A stretch of DNA of 64,000 bases, taken from the NCBI GenBank assembly GCA_038198445.1, contig JBBPZZ010000107.1, positions 2,399 through 66,398 on the forward strand, in the 5' to 3' direction. The position numbers and the translations under genes are program-made. Position 1 is the first letter of the stretch. The number at the start of each line of letters is the position of its first letter. Source of the DNA: Rubrobacterales bacterium (GTDB lineage Bacteria > Actinomycetota > Rubrobacteria > Rubrobacterales > Rubrobacteraceae). The notes under the pieces are model-generated. The model was not told where the DNA came from, made no database searches, and was given only the letters and a program-made list of their open reading frames with translations. Shown one piece after another: positions 27,903 through 36,485 of this stretch.

Positions 27903-27985
27903 ATGTGTACGATGTAGTTCGCTTCGGTAGTCCTGATAACGGTAATCCTAATAAATAGACACCCACATTTCCGAGAGTCATCACT

Positions 27986-29506
27986 CTACAGCCACATACC
28001 CCGGTCCCGAGCGACCTCCAGCGCCCGCGCCATCGCTTGCGCCTTGTTGCGAGACTCTTCGTACTCCAACTTCGGAACGGAGTCGGCCACGACGCCGCCG
28101 CCGGCCTGGAAGTAGGCGGTTCCATCTTTTAGCAAGGCGGTGCGGAGGGTTATGCAGGTGTCAAGGCGGCCGTCCACACCGTAGTAGCCGGTGGCTCCGG
28201 CGTAGGGGCCGCGGCGGGTGGACTCTAGCTCGTCGATGATCTCCATCGCCCGGACCTTCGGCGCGCCGGAGACCGTCCCGGCGGGGAAGGCGGCGGCCAG
28301 AGCATCCAATGCGGTGAGGTCTTCGCGCAGGTCCCCCTCCACGGTGGAGACGATGTGCATGACGTGCGAGTAGCGCTCTATCTCCATGAAGTTCGCAAGC
28401 TCGACCGTCCCGATCTCACTGACGCGACCCAGGTCGTTGCGTCCGAGGTCGACCAGCATTACGTGCTCGGCCCGCTCCTTCTCGTCCGCCAGCAGCTCCT
28501 CCGCCAGCGCGGCATCCTCCTCCGGGGTCGCGCCGCGCCTCCTCGTTCCGGCGACAGGGCGGGTCATCACGCGGCGGCCTTCGACGCGGACGAGCGGCTC
28601 GGGCGAGGCCCCGACGAGGGCCATGTCCCCGATCTTCAGGTAGGTCATGTACGGCGAGGGGTTGATGGTGCGGAGGCCCCGGTAGAGGAGGAGTGGGTCG
28701 AGGTCACCGATCTCGGCCTGGAAGCGTTGCGACGGTACGATCTGGAACGCATCTCCGGCCCGGATGTATTCCTTGGCCTTCTCGACAGCCTCCGCATACT
28801 GGGTCTCGGTAACGTTCGAGGAGATCTCGAAACTACCGCTTCCGTGGGGCAACGCGCCGCGAACGAGCGGAGCGGCCAGCCTCTCGGAGATCCTTCGCAC
28901 ATCGTCCGCAGCCCGGCGGTAGGCGGCCGAGAAGCCTTCACCCTCCACGTCTCGCAGGTTGCTCGCGTCCACGAGCGCTATGACGAGCACCTTATGGCGA
29001 GCATGGTCGAAGACGATCAGCGTATCCGTAATGACGAAGTACGCCTCGGGGACGCGCAAGTCATCTGGGGGAGCATCGGGCAGACGTTCCAGATAGCGCA
29101 CGGCGTCGTAAGAGAAATATCCGACCGCGCCCCCGACGAAGGCGGGCAGGTTCGGCAGCGGGGCGACGCTCTTCTCGCCGACTATCTCCGCCAATCCCCG
29201 GAACGGGTCTCTGGCCGGGAGCTCGCGCACGCCATCGGCGTCCACGATCGTGTAGACGCCGTTCCTATAGGAGAGGGTGCGCCTGGGATTGCAGCCGAGG
29301 AAAGAGTAACGGCCGAAACGCTCGGGTGTCTCGGCGCTCTCCAGGAGGAAGACGTTCTCCTCGTCCGCAAACTTTAGGACCGCTGAGATCGGAGTCTCAA
29401 GGTCCCCGATAAACTCGGCGTAGACCGGCACCACGTCGTAGTCTCTGGCGAGCCTCCGGGCTTCGTCCAGCGTGGGCGTGAGGTGCTGTCTAGCCGTGGC
29501 GGTCAC
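27986..29506 (-). CDS. trpE: anthranilate synthase component I
   Basis: 506 aa with a GTG start. Typical TrpE C-terminal chorismate-binding domain ([19 protein letters not shown]). Confidence 0.9.
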   Translation of the reverse strand: MTATARQHLTPTLDEARRLARDYDVVPVYAEFIGDLETPISAVLKFADEENVFLLESAETPERFGRYSFLGCNPRRTLSYRNGVYTIVDADGVRELPARDPFRGLAEIVGEKSVAPLPNLPAFVGGAVGYFSYDAVRYLERLPDAPPDDLRVPEAYFVITDTLIVFDHARHKVLVIALVDASNLRDVEGEGFSAAYRRAADDVRRISERLAAPLVRGALPHGSGSFEISSNVTETQYAEAVEKAKEYIRAGDAFQIVPSQRFQAEIGDLDPLLLYRGLRTINPSPYMTYLKIGDMALVGASPEPLVRVEGRRVMTRPVAGTRRRGATPEEDAALAEELLADEKERAEHVMLVDLGRNDLGRVSEIGTVELANFMEIERYSHVMHIVSTVEGDLREDLTALDALAAAFPAGTVSGAPKVRAMEIIDELESTRRGPYAGATGYYGVDGRLDTCITLRTALLKDGTAYFQAGGGVVADSVPKLEYEESRNKAQAMARALEVARDRGMWL

Positions 29507-30131
29507 GCAGCACCTTCGCCACCTCGTCGATCCCCACTCCCCGCTCCTCCAGCAGCACCAGCAGGTGGTAGACGAGGTCCGCCGTCTCCTCGGCCAGGCG
29601 GTCGTCCCGGAGCGCGGAGATCACGACCTCCACCGCCTCCTCTCCCACCTTCTGCGCCACCCGCTCGGTCCCGCGACGCATCAGGCTCGCCGTGTATGAC
29701 TCCTCCGGCATGTCCCGATGGCGCTCGGCTATCGTCCCGGCGAGGTGCTCCACCATCACCCCGAAGCTTTCGAGGTTCTCACCGCCACCAACCCCGACAC
29801 CCACTCCCTCACCGGCGAGGGTGGTAAAGAAGCAGGTCTTCTCCCCCGTGTGGCAGGCCGGGCCACGCGGCTCGACCCTGTAGAGCAGGGCGTCGGCGTC
29901 GCAGTCCAGACGCGCTTCGGTTACGCGCTGGGTGTTGCCGCTCGTGGCCCCCTTGCGCCAAAGTTCCTGGCGGGAGCGCGAGTAGTAGTGAGCCTCGCCG
30001 GTCGAGAGCGTTTTCTCCACTGCTTCCCGATTTGCGTAGGCGAGGGTCAGCACGTCGCCGGTATCCGCGTCCTGGGCGACTACGGGTACGAGCCCGTTCT
30101 GGTCGAATTGGATCTTCTCCGCCGCGCTCAC
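29490..30131 (-). CDS. hisIE: bifunctional phosphoribosyl-AMP cyclohydrolase / phosphoribosyl-ATP pyrophosphatase
   Basis: The GTG at 30131 overlaps the hisF stop (GTGA). HisI part: [26 protein letters not shown]. HisE part: the C-terminal helical domain. The upstream part of the 341-aa ORF is junk. Confidence 0.85.
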   Translation of the reverse strand: MSAAEKIQFDQNGLVPVVAQDADTGDVLTLAYANREAVEKTLSTGEAHYYSRSRQELWRKGATSGNTQRVTEARLDCDADALLYRVEPRGPACHTGEKTCFFTTLAGEGVGVGVGGGENLESFGVMVEHLAGTIAERHRDMPEESYTASLMRRGTERVAQKVGEEAVEVVISALRDDRLAEETADLVYHLLVLLEERGVGIDEVAKVLRDRHG

Positions 30132-30886
30132 CGGACCGGTATCCCCGCCTGCGTCATGTGCTCCTTTACCTCCCGTATGCTCCACTCTCCGAAGTGAAAG
30201 ATGCTCGCGGCGAGGACCGCCCCGGCCCCGGCGTTGACGGCGGCGATCATGTGCTCCGGGCTCCCCGCTCCACCCGAAGCGATGATCGGCACGCTCGTTC
30301 GTCCCGCCACCTCGGAGATCAAATCCAGGTCGTATCCGCTCTCCATGCCGTCGGAGTCCATGCTGTTCAACACGAACTCCCCTGCCCCCCGCCGCTCTCC
30401 CTCGACGAGCCACTCGATGGCGTCCATCTCCGTGTTCAGCCGTCCGCCGTTCAGGTAGACCTCCCAGCCGGGCGCGAACTTCCGGCGCTTCACGTCCACG
30501 CTCAGGACGACGCACTGGCTCCCGAAGCGTTCAGCGCCCCCGTCTATGATGTCCGGGGTCTTCACGGCGGCGCTGTTTATCGAGACCTTGTCCGCCCCGG
30601 CGCGCAGCATGGCGCGCATGTCATCAACCGTCCTCACCCCGCCGCCGATGGTGTAAGGGATGAACACCTCTTCGGCCGCGGCGCGGGCGAGGGCGGAGGC
30701 GGTTTCGCGTTGCTCGTGGGAGGCGGTGATGTCGTAGAAGACGATCTCATCGGCCCCTTCCCGATCGTATAGCGCGGCAAGTTCGACCGGGTCTCCGGCG
30801 TCCCTGAGGTCCTTGAACTGCGTCCCCTTCACGACCCGCCCAGCGTCAACGTCGAGGCACGGGATGATGCGAACTCGCAGGCCCAT
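30128..30886 (-). CDS. hisF: imidazole glycerol-phosphate synthase cyclase subunit
   Basis: 252 aa from the ATG at 30886 ([21 protein letters not shown]...). Confidence 0.9.
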   Translation of the reverse strand: MGLRVRIIPCLDVDAGRVVKGTQFKDLRDAGDPVELAALYDREGADEIVFYDITASHEQRETASALARAAAEEVFIPYTIGGGVRTVDDMRAMLRAGADKVSINSAAVKTPDIIDGGAERFGSQCVVLSVDVKRRKFAPGWEVYLNGGRLNTEMDAIEWLVEGERRGAGEFVLNSMDSDGMESGYDLDLISEVAGRTSVPIIASGGAGSPEHMIAAVNAGAGAVLAASIFHFGEWSIREVKEHMTQAGIPVR

Positions 30887-30887
30887 G

Positions 30888-31745
30888 CTAGACGTAAGGC
30901 ACCTTTGCGGCGCGGCACTCCTCGGTGATACGCTCGCGCAGCCCATCGCCAGCCGGCAAGAGAACCGAACCCTGGTCCCCCGTCCCAACGACCATGGAGC
31001 CGTCCCGACCCTTCCAGTGACGATGGACCGTGTACGCGGCGAGAGCTCCCTCGACCAGGCTAACGGCCCGGTCGAGTTCGGCGTGAGAGAGCGAGGCGGA
31101 TATGTCCAGCTTCGAGAGGTCCACGTTCTCCGGCGCGGAGAGGTCCGCCAAGAGGTTTCCGGTTCGCAACCGCAGCCCTGGAGTGTTCCACAGGATATCC
31201 ACGGCCTCCTTCAACGCCGCCGCCCGGACTTCCTTATTCCCCTTGCGAAGTTTAGGCTCCGGCATGGCTCGCAGCTCTTTCGAAAGGTCTCCATCCTTCT
31301 TCCCGTTCCCGCGTTCGAGTGTCAGCACCTTCAGTGTCGCGGACGAATCCACCTCGGTTACGGCCCACTGGTCCCGCTGCCTCGGGAAAGGATAATCCGT
31401 GTACTGGACGTTGTTCGTCTCCAGGGCCGCGAGCACCTCCTCGGCGTAAGGTTCGCCGTCGAACATGCTACGGCTCGCGGAGTGAGCCGGCAGGGAGATC
31501 TTTGCGAGTATCCGGTGGATCCATCGCGTACCACGTTCGTTCGGCACCGCGAGCGGCGCGTCCACGCCGACGATGACCCCTCGACGGTCGGAAGCGTAGC
31601 GCTCGACGGCGCCCGCTATCTCCTCCGCGCTCCCGACGAACGAGTTGGCGATGATGCTCCCGCGCTCGTCCATCACCACCAGACACGAGGGTTTCTCCCT
31701 GGCTTCGCCCGGCCTCCACGCAAGAGCGCAGCCTATAAACCTCAT
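30888..31745 (-). CDS. DUF429/COG2410-like (RNase H-fold) hypothetical protein
   Basis: The ATG at 31745 overlaps the glmM stop (ATGA). [10 protein letters not shown]..., [16 protein letters not shown] and a C-terminal LDRAVSL..ALAA resemble DUF429. The family call is from recall. Confidence 0.55.
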   Translation of the reverse strand: MRFIGCALAWRPGEAREKPSCLVVMDERGSIIANSFVGSAEEIAGAVERYASDRRGVIVGVDAPLAVPNERGTRWIHRILAKISLPAHSASRSMFDGEPYAEEVLAALETNNVQYTDYPFPRQRDQWAVTEVDSSATLKVLTLERGNGKKDGDLSKELRAMPEPKLRKGNKEVRAAALKEAVDILWNTPGLRLRTGNLLADLSAPENVDLSKLDISASLSHAELDRAVSLVEGALAAYTVHRHWKGRDGSMVVGTGDQGSVLLPAGDGLRERITEECRAAKVPYV

Positions 31746-33073
31746 GCCCTGACCTCCGTTCCGGCGTCCGAGACAACCTCCGAGACCTCCTCGCAGACCT
31801 CCCGGCACACGCCCTCATCCACATGCTCCACCATCACCCGCACCACCGGCTCCGTTCCACTCGGCCTGAGCAGGATGCGTCCCTCCTCGCCGAGCCGCTC
31901 CTCAGCCGCCGCGACCGCCCTGGATACCGCCTCCGACGCCGCTACGCTCTTCGCCGCGCCCGGCTCTTCCACGGCGACGTTTATGAGCGCCTGCGGATAC
32001 ACGTCCATCACCCCTGCAAGCTCTGAAAGCGGCCTGCCGCCGCGGGCCATCACGTCCAGAAGGGCGAGCGCGGTGACGAGCCCGTCTCCCGTCGTGGCGT
32101 ACCGCGAGAGGATCACATGTCCCGACTGCTCTCCGCCGACGGACGCCCCGCGCCTCCACATCGCCTCCGCGACATGCCGGTCTCCCACCGGGGTCACCTC
32201 GTATGGAATCTCCAGCGCGTCCATCGCCTTGAAGAAGCCGAGGTTGCTCATCACCGTCACGACGCCGCCGCCCGCAAGCGCGCCGCGCTCCTTCAGGTCG
32301 CGGGCGAGGATCGCAATGATCTTATCCCCATCCACCACGTTGCCCTTCTCGTCTACCGCCAGGACCCGGTCCGCGTCCCCATCGAAGGCGAACGCCACGT
32401 CATGCCCGGAAGCATCGAGGCTCTGTATATGCGTGGAACCGCACTGTTCGTTGATGTTGATCCCCGTCGGCCCGTCTCCGACAACTGTCAGATCCACGTC
32501 CAGCTCCCCGAAAGCCATCGGGGCGGCCTCGTAGGCAGCCCCGTTCGCGCAATCTAGGAATACCCTCATCCCGGCGGCCTCTGGACGCAAGCGCTTCAGC
32601 ACGCTCGCGGCGTATAGCCCCGCGGCGTCCTCCAGCTTCTCTATCGACCCGACGCCATCCGCCGTCGGGCGGTCTGAGTCTTCGCCGGTCAACCTCTCTA
32701 GCTCGTATTCCTTCTGGGAGGAGAGCTTACGTCCCTCGCCGGAGAGGAACTTTATGCCGTTGTCCGGGTAGGGGTTATGCGAGGCGCTAACGACGACCGC
32801 CGCCGCGGCCCCGAGTTGAGGCGCGAGCGCGGCGATACCCGGTGTTGGCAGGATGCCGAGGTCGATGACTTCGGCTCCGCCGCTCGCGGCTCCGGCGGCT
32901 AGAGCGCCGGAGAGCATCCCGCCGGAGAGCCGGGTGTCGCGGCCGATGAGTATCGGCCCGCCGAAAGCCTGGGCGGCGGCGAGCCCCAGCCGCAGGGCAT
33001 CCTCGGGCATGAGTCCCTTGTTGGCGACCCCGCGCATGCCGTCGGTTCCGAACGAGATTTCCCTTCGCTCCAA
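31742..33073 (-). CDS. glmM: phosphoglucosamine mutase
   Basis: 443 aa with the active-site context VVVSASHNPYPDNGIKF. Confidence 0.9.
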   Translation of the reverse strand: MERREISFGTDGMRGVANKGLMPEDALRLGLAAAQAFGGPILIGRDTRLSGGMLSGALAAGAASGGAEVIDLGILPTPGIAALAPQLGAAAAVVVSASHNPYPDNGIKFLSGEGRKLSSQKEYELERLTGEDSDRPTADGVGSIEKLEDAAGLYAASVLKRLRPEAAGMRVFLDCANGAAYEAAPMAFGELDVDLTVVGDGPTGININEQCGSTHIQSLDASGHDVAFAFDGDADRVLAVDEKGNVVDGDKIIAILARDLKERGALAGGGVVTVMSNLGFFKAMDALEIPYEVTPVGDRHVAEAMWRRGASVGGEQSGHVILSRYATTGDGLVTALALLDVMARGGRPLSELAGVMDVYPQALINVAVEEPGAAKSVAASEAVSRAVAAAEERLGEEGRILLRPSGTEPVVRVMVEHVDEGVCREVCEEVSEVVSDAGTEVRA

Positions 33074-33148
33074 ATGACCTCCTCGAATAGCAGCGGGTCC
33101 CTCCCGACCAACGGAAAGGACCCGCTTTTTGAAGCTGGTTTGTCTGAC

Positions 33149-33541
33149 CTAGCGCTTGGAGAACTGCGGGCGCTTGCGGGCCTTCTTGAGACCGTACTTC
33201 TTGCGCTCGACGGCGCGCGAGTCACGGGTAAGCATCCCGGCGTTCTTCAGCTCGCCCCTTGCGTCCTGCGACTCCTCGGCCAGGGCGCGGGCGATGCCGT
33301 GGCGGAGCGCCTCGGCCTGGCCGGTAAGACCGCCGCCGGAGATCTGGGCGACCACGTCGTAGCGGCTGGCGGAATCCAGCAACTCAAGCGGCGAGGCCAC
33401 GGTTATCTGATAAGTAGGACGCGGGAAGTACTCCTTATAGTCCTTGCCGTTCACCGTGATCTTGCCGTCTCCCGGAAGCAACCGCACCCGCGCGACGGCG
33501 GTCTTGCGGCGTCCCGTACCTCTATACAGAAGGTCTGCCAT
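33149..33541 (-). CDS. rpsI: 30S ribosomal protein S9
   Basis: 130 aa with the conserved uS9 C-terminus ...[12 protein letters not shown]. Confidence 0.95.
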   Translation of the reverse strand: MADLLYRGTGRRKTAVARVRLLPGDGKITVNGKDYKEYFPRPTYQITVASPLELLDSASRYDVVAQISGGGLTGQAEALRHGIARALAEESQDARGELKNAGMLTRDSRAVERKKYGLKKARKRPQFSKR

Positions 33542-33542
33542 G

Positions 33543-33974
33543 CTACTTCACCTCGTAGGGTTGCGGGGTCTGGGCGGCGTGCGGATGCTCGGCCCCGGCG
33601 TAGATCTTCAACTTCTTGAACTGCTGGCGGGCGAGCCGGCTCTTCGGCATCATCCCCCAGACGGCTTTACGCAAGACCTCGGTAGGCTTGCGCTCCATCA
33701 TGACCTCGTAGCTCGTCTCCCTGAGACCGCCCGGATAGCCCGTATGCCGCCGGTAGACCTTTTGCTCCGCCTTCCGGCCCGTAACCTCCACCCTGTCCGC
33801 GTTCACCACGACCACGAAGTCGCCGGTATCCACGTGCGGGGTGTACTGCGGCTTGTACTTGCCGCGCAGCACTTTCGCTATCTCCGCCGCCAGACGACCG
33901 AGGGTCTGCCCCTCCGCGTCAACGACATGCCACTTACGCTCGACCTCCTGGGGCCGCGCCATGTAACTTTTCAT
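33543..33974 (-). CDS. rplM: 50S ribosomal protein L13
   Basis: The ATG at 33974 has a GGAGG SD. N-terminus [20 protein letters not shown] is typical uL13. Confidence 0.95.
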   Translation of the reverse strand: MKSYMARPQEVERKWHVVDAEGQTLGRLAAEIAKVLRGKYKPQYTPHVDTGDFVVVVNADRVEVTGRKAEQKVYRRHTGYPGGLRETSYEVMMERKPTEVLRKAVWGMMPKSRLARQQFKKLKIYAGAEHPHAAQTPQPYEVK

Positions 33975-34121
33975 TATCCTCCGGAGTCCTTGCAAAGTTC
34001 AACGGAATTCCAAACGCATCAAATAGTAGCATACATCTACTGGAAGTATAGCTCCCAAGACGTTTCCGCTCTCGGAAGATAGGTAAATAATCTACCTTTA
34101 GAATACGGCTATTTGATCGTA

Positions 34122-34130
34122 TTCTTGACA
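34122..34130 (+). repeat. 9-bp direct repeat TTCTTGACA (left copy)
   Basis: Exact copy of 35033-35041. Lies 25 nt upstream of the islet ORF-A GTG. Confidence 0.4.
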
Positions 34131-34155
34131 TTAGAGAACGAAAAGGAGGAGTGGC

Positions 34156-34641
34156 GTGTACCGAGATTTCATCTATATGGACATCAATCGAGTTCAGTCG
34201 ATTATCGCCCAATTGCAACAAGGGTTGTTGAATGAAGTGTTGGAGGGAAAGACGAAACAGACAACGGGACGGATGCAGATGGCTACGAACCTGCTAGCCA
34301 TGCTACTTCCTGTCAGCGTCTCTGGGTCTGCGGAACACAGTCGGGGGTCGAGCCTTAGCGAAAGTCGAGTTCTCCACGACTATGCATTTGAGGTAGCCCG
34401 GCTTTCCCTCAAAGAAGGAGGGCTGCTTATAGAGCGCGAAAACCTCGACAGAGAAGACATTTTGGAGGAGGGTTTCGTGCTAGTACGGGGCGTCTCGCAA
34501 ATCCTCGATTATGAAACGTTTCGGAAGATAGCCGAAAACTTCGACAAACTTGATGAAAAAACCTTCAACCCCACGGTGAGCAATACAGAAAAAAGAAGCG
34601 AAGGAAGGAAAATAGCTGGGCTACCGAAGCGGGCATGTTAA
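34156..34641 (+). CDS. hypothetical protein, islet-2 ORF A (unrecognised family)
   Basis: 161 aa with a GTG start 6 nt after an AGGAGG SD. AT-rich codons. N-terminus MYRDFIYMDINRVQSIIAQLQQGLL. Confidence 0.55.
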   Translation: MYRDFIYMDINRVQSIIAQLQQGLLNEVLEGKTKQTTGRMQMATNLLAMLLPVSVSGSAEHSRGSSLSESRVLHDYAFEVARLSLKEGGLLIERENLDREDILEEGFVLVRGVSQILDYETFRKIAENFDKLDEKTFNPTVSNTEKRSEGRKIAGLPKRAC

Positions 34642-35015
34642 TCGACACATTCTATCAAGATGCGATACGGGTGAGGATTACTAATCAACAAGATTGTAGC
34701 TTCATCGGACCGCTGGCTAGAGAACACCTGCGCGAAGATATAAAGGATCTAATCTACAAGTACGGCTCCCAGCCGGAAGGTGAGTGGACCATGTTAGCGG
34801 AGATAAGTCGCGTTCCTCTCCCCAGCGACCCACTTGAAGAGTTGCCTGTTGGAGCAATGGTGCCTGAAGAGGATAGTTCGGTATCGAACCAGTTTGATCA
34901 AATAATCACGATATTCAACATGTTCCAGGAGTTTGTTGGTTCCGCAGCGTATCCAGACTTCGCTGTATCGCCTGTGGCCGTCTATAGGGAGATCTCAAAC
35001 CGCAACGAATCCTAG
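34635..35015 (+). CDS. hypothetical protein, islet-2 ORF B (unrecognised family; possibly the C-terminal part of one frameshifted gene)
   Basis: 126 aa. Its ATG overlaps the ORF-A stop as ATGTTAA. There is no clear SD in the 15 nt upstream. Confidence 0.5.
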   Translation: MLIDTFYQDAIRVRITNQQDCSFIGPLAREHLREDIKDLIYKYGSQPEGEWTMLAEISRVPLPSDPLEELPVGAMVPEEDSSVSNQFDQIITIFNMFQEFVGSAAYPDFAVSPVAVYREISNRNES

Positions 35016-35032
35016 CGGGCGATAGTTCCGAG

Positions 35033-35041
35033 TTCTTGACA
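35033..35041 (+). repeat. 9-bp direct repeat TTCTTGACA (right copy)
   Basis: Exact copy of 34122-34130. Lies 17 nt downstream of the ORF-B stop. Confidence 0.4.
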
Positions 35042-35055
35042 GCCCGAAGTCGTGA

Positions 35056-35730
35056 TCAAACGTCCAGCACGCGGGCGATGGTGAGACCGTCAATGCGCTC
35101 CCGGATCAAGGGCAACACTATGGACGAGAGCCGGGGATCTCGGGCCATGCGCTCGTTGAACTCCCTGGTAGCCCGCGCCGACTCGTCTTTCGGATCAAGG
35201 ACGCTCCCGCCCCGGATGGTGTTGTCCGCCAGGATTAGCGTTCCGGGCCGTGAGAGCCGCAAGGCGAATTCCAGGTACTCCGGGTAGCCTTCCTTGTCGG
35301 CGTCTATGAAGGTCAGGTCGAAGGGCTCGACTCCATCTTCGACCATGGCGGCGAGCAGCTCTCTCGCGTCACCAACGCGAACCTCGACCTTTCGCGACAA
35401 TCCGGCGCGTTCGATGTTCTCGCGGGCGACTTCGGCGTGGCGTTCGTCGAGTTCCAGGGAGAGCATGGTTCCTCCGTCCGGCAGGGCGCGGGCGAAGTGG
35501 ATGGCGCTGTAGCCTCCGAGGGTTCCGATCTCAAGTATCCGCCGCGCGCCAGCTATTTCCGCGAGCAATTGCAACAGCTTGCCCTCGCTCGGCGAGACGC
35601 TGATCTCCGGCAGACCAGCCTCCCGCGAGTCCCGCAGGGCAGCTTCGAGCGCCTCATCCGGCGGGGCGTAAAGGGCTTCCACGTAGGAGTTTATGTCGCG
35701 TAGCAGTTTTCCAGAATTATCTTCGCTCAT
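35056..35730 (-). CDS. class I SAM-dependent O-methyltransferase (caffeoyl-CoA OMT-like family 3)
   Basis: SAM motif ILEIGTLGGYS and metal/substrate motif FIDADKEGY. The ATG at 35730 overlaps the truA stop (ATGA). The maximal ORF starts at 35745. Confidence 0.85.
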   Translation of the reverse strand: MSEDNSGKLLRDINSYVEALYAPPDEALEAALRDSREAGLPEISVSPSEGKLLQLLAEIAGARRILEIGTLGGYSAIHFARALPDGGTMLSLELDERHAEVARENIERAGLSRKVEVRVGDARELLAAMVEDGVEPFDLTFIDADKEGYPEYLEFALRLSRPGTLILADNTIRGGSVLDPKDESARATREFNERMARDPRLSSIVLPLIRERIDGLTIARVLDV

Positions 35731-36485
35731 CTCGTGCCTTTCCATAGATCTATATCGTATTCCACGCCAACGAGCGTAAGGCCCCGGCTCGGGACGGCCG
35801 CTCCGGCCTCGCTCCGCTTTCCCCCGTAGAGTAACCGCTCGAAGTCAGCGAGGTCCCGCTTGCCGCTGGCGACTTCCAGCATGGTCCCGACCAGCGCGCG
35901 GACCATCCCGTACAGAAACGAGTTGGCGACAATATGGTAAGTCAGGAGATCCCCGCTTTGCTCCCAGCAGGACTCCGTGATTGTTCGCTCGAAGCGGATA
36001 TGGTAGCTCTTCGATGGCGTAAAAGCTCGAAAATTATGCGTGCCTATAATGAGCCGCGCGGCCTCCTGAAGCACTTCGATATTCAGCTTCCGGGCGACGT
36101 AGTTCGCGCGGTTTCTGCTCAGGGGGGACCGGATCTCATCGTTTACGATCCGGTATTCGTAGCCTCGGGTCCGAACGTCTCCGCGGGCGTCGAAACCGGC
36201 GGGTACGGCTACGCAGCGCCGCAAGGCCAGGTCTTTTGGGAGCACGGCGGTTGTCTTGTAGGAGATGAGTGATGGTGAAAGGTCCGTCTCCGCCGTGAAA
36301 GAGACGACCTGTCCGCTCGCGTGGACCCCGGCGTCCGTCCGTCCCGCGACGCTCAACTTGACCGGCTGGCGCAGCACGGTCTGGAGCGCATCAGCGAGCG
36401 TGCCTTCTACTGTCCGGCGATCCGGCTGCGCGGCCCATCCGGCGAACCCGGCTCCGTCGTACTCGATGAGGCCCGCGAACTTCAC
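35727..36485 (-). CDS. truA: tRNA pseudouridine(38-40) synthase
   Basis: 252 aa. The GTG start overlaps the ecfT stop (GTGA). Catalytic-Asp context AGRTDAGVHA. Confidence 0.9.
   Translation of the reverse strand: MKFAGLIEYDGAGFAGWAAQPDRRTVEGTLADALQTVLRQPVKLSVAGRTDAGVHASGQVVSFTAETDLSPSLISYKTTAVLPKDLALRRCVAVPAGFDARGDVRTRGYEYRIVNDEIRSPLSRNRANYVARKLNIEVLQEAARLIIGTHNFRAFTPSKSYHIRFERTITESCWEQSGDLLTYHIVANSFLYGMVRALVGTMLEVASGKRDLADFERLLYGGKRSEAGAAVPSRGLTLVGVEYDIDLWKGTR

Larger units (their letters stand above)
26771..27985. other. low-GC islet 1 (compositionally foreign segment)
   Basis: A 60-nt sample at 27024-27083 has 23/60 G+C. In trpE, 28021-28080 has 38/60. Gene orientation is opposite to the flanking operon. 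Confidence 0.6.
33975..35055. other. low-GC islet 2 between rplM and the truA/O-methyltransferase operon end
   Basis: A 60-nt sample at 34161-34220 has 25/60 G+C versus about 63% in the flanks. Its ORFs lie on the plus strand inside a minus-strand block. Confidence 0.6.

Noticed and set aside
26984-27941. Imperfect direct repeat CCTGA(G/T)AACG flanking the islet-1 gene (26984-26993 and 27932-27941)
   Set aside because: It is a 9/10 match. My rough expectation for such a match between flanks of this size is about 0.2, so it is not distinguishable from chance.
34125-34130. TTGACA as the -35 element of an islet-2 promoter
   Set aside because: The sequence 17 nt downstream (GGAGTG, overlapping the SD) is not -10-like. 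The hexamer is better explained as part of the 9-bp flanking direct repeat.
27920-34631. Shared 11-mer CTACCGAAGCG: 34621-34631 on the plus strand, and its reverse complement at 27920-27930
   Set aside because: It was found post hoc. One copy lies inside coding sequence and the other in a spacer, in opposite orientations, with no extended similarity around them.
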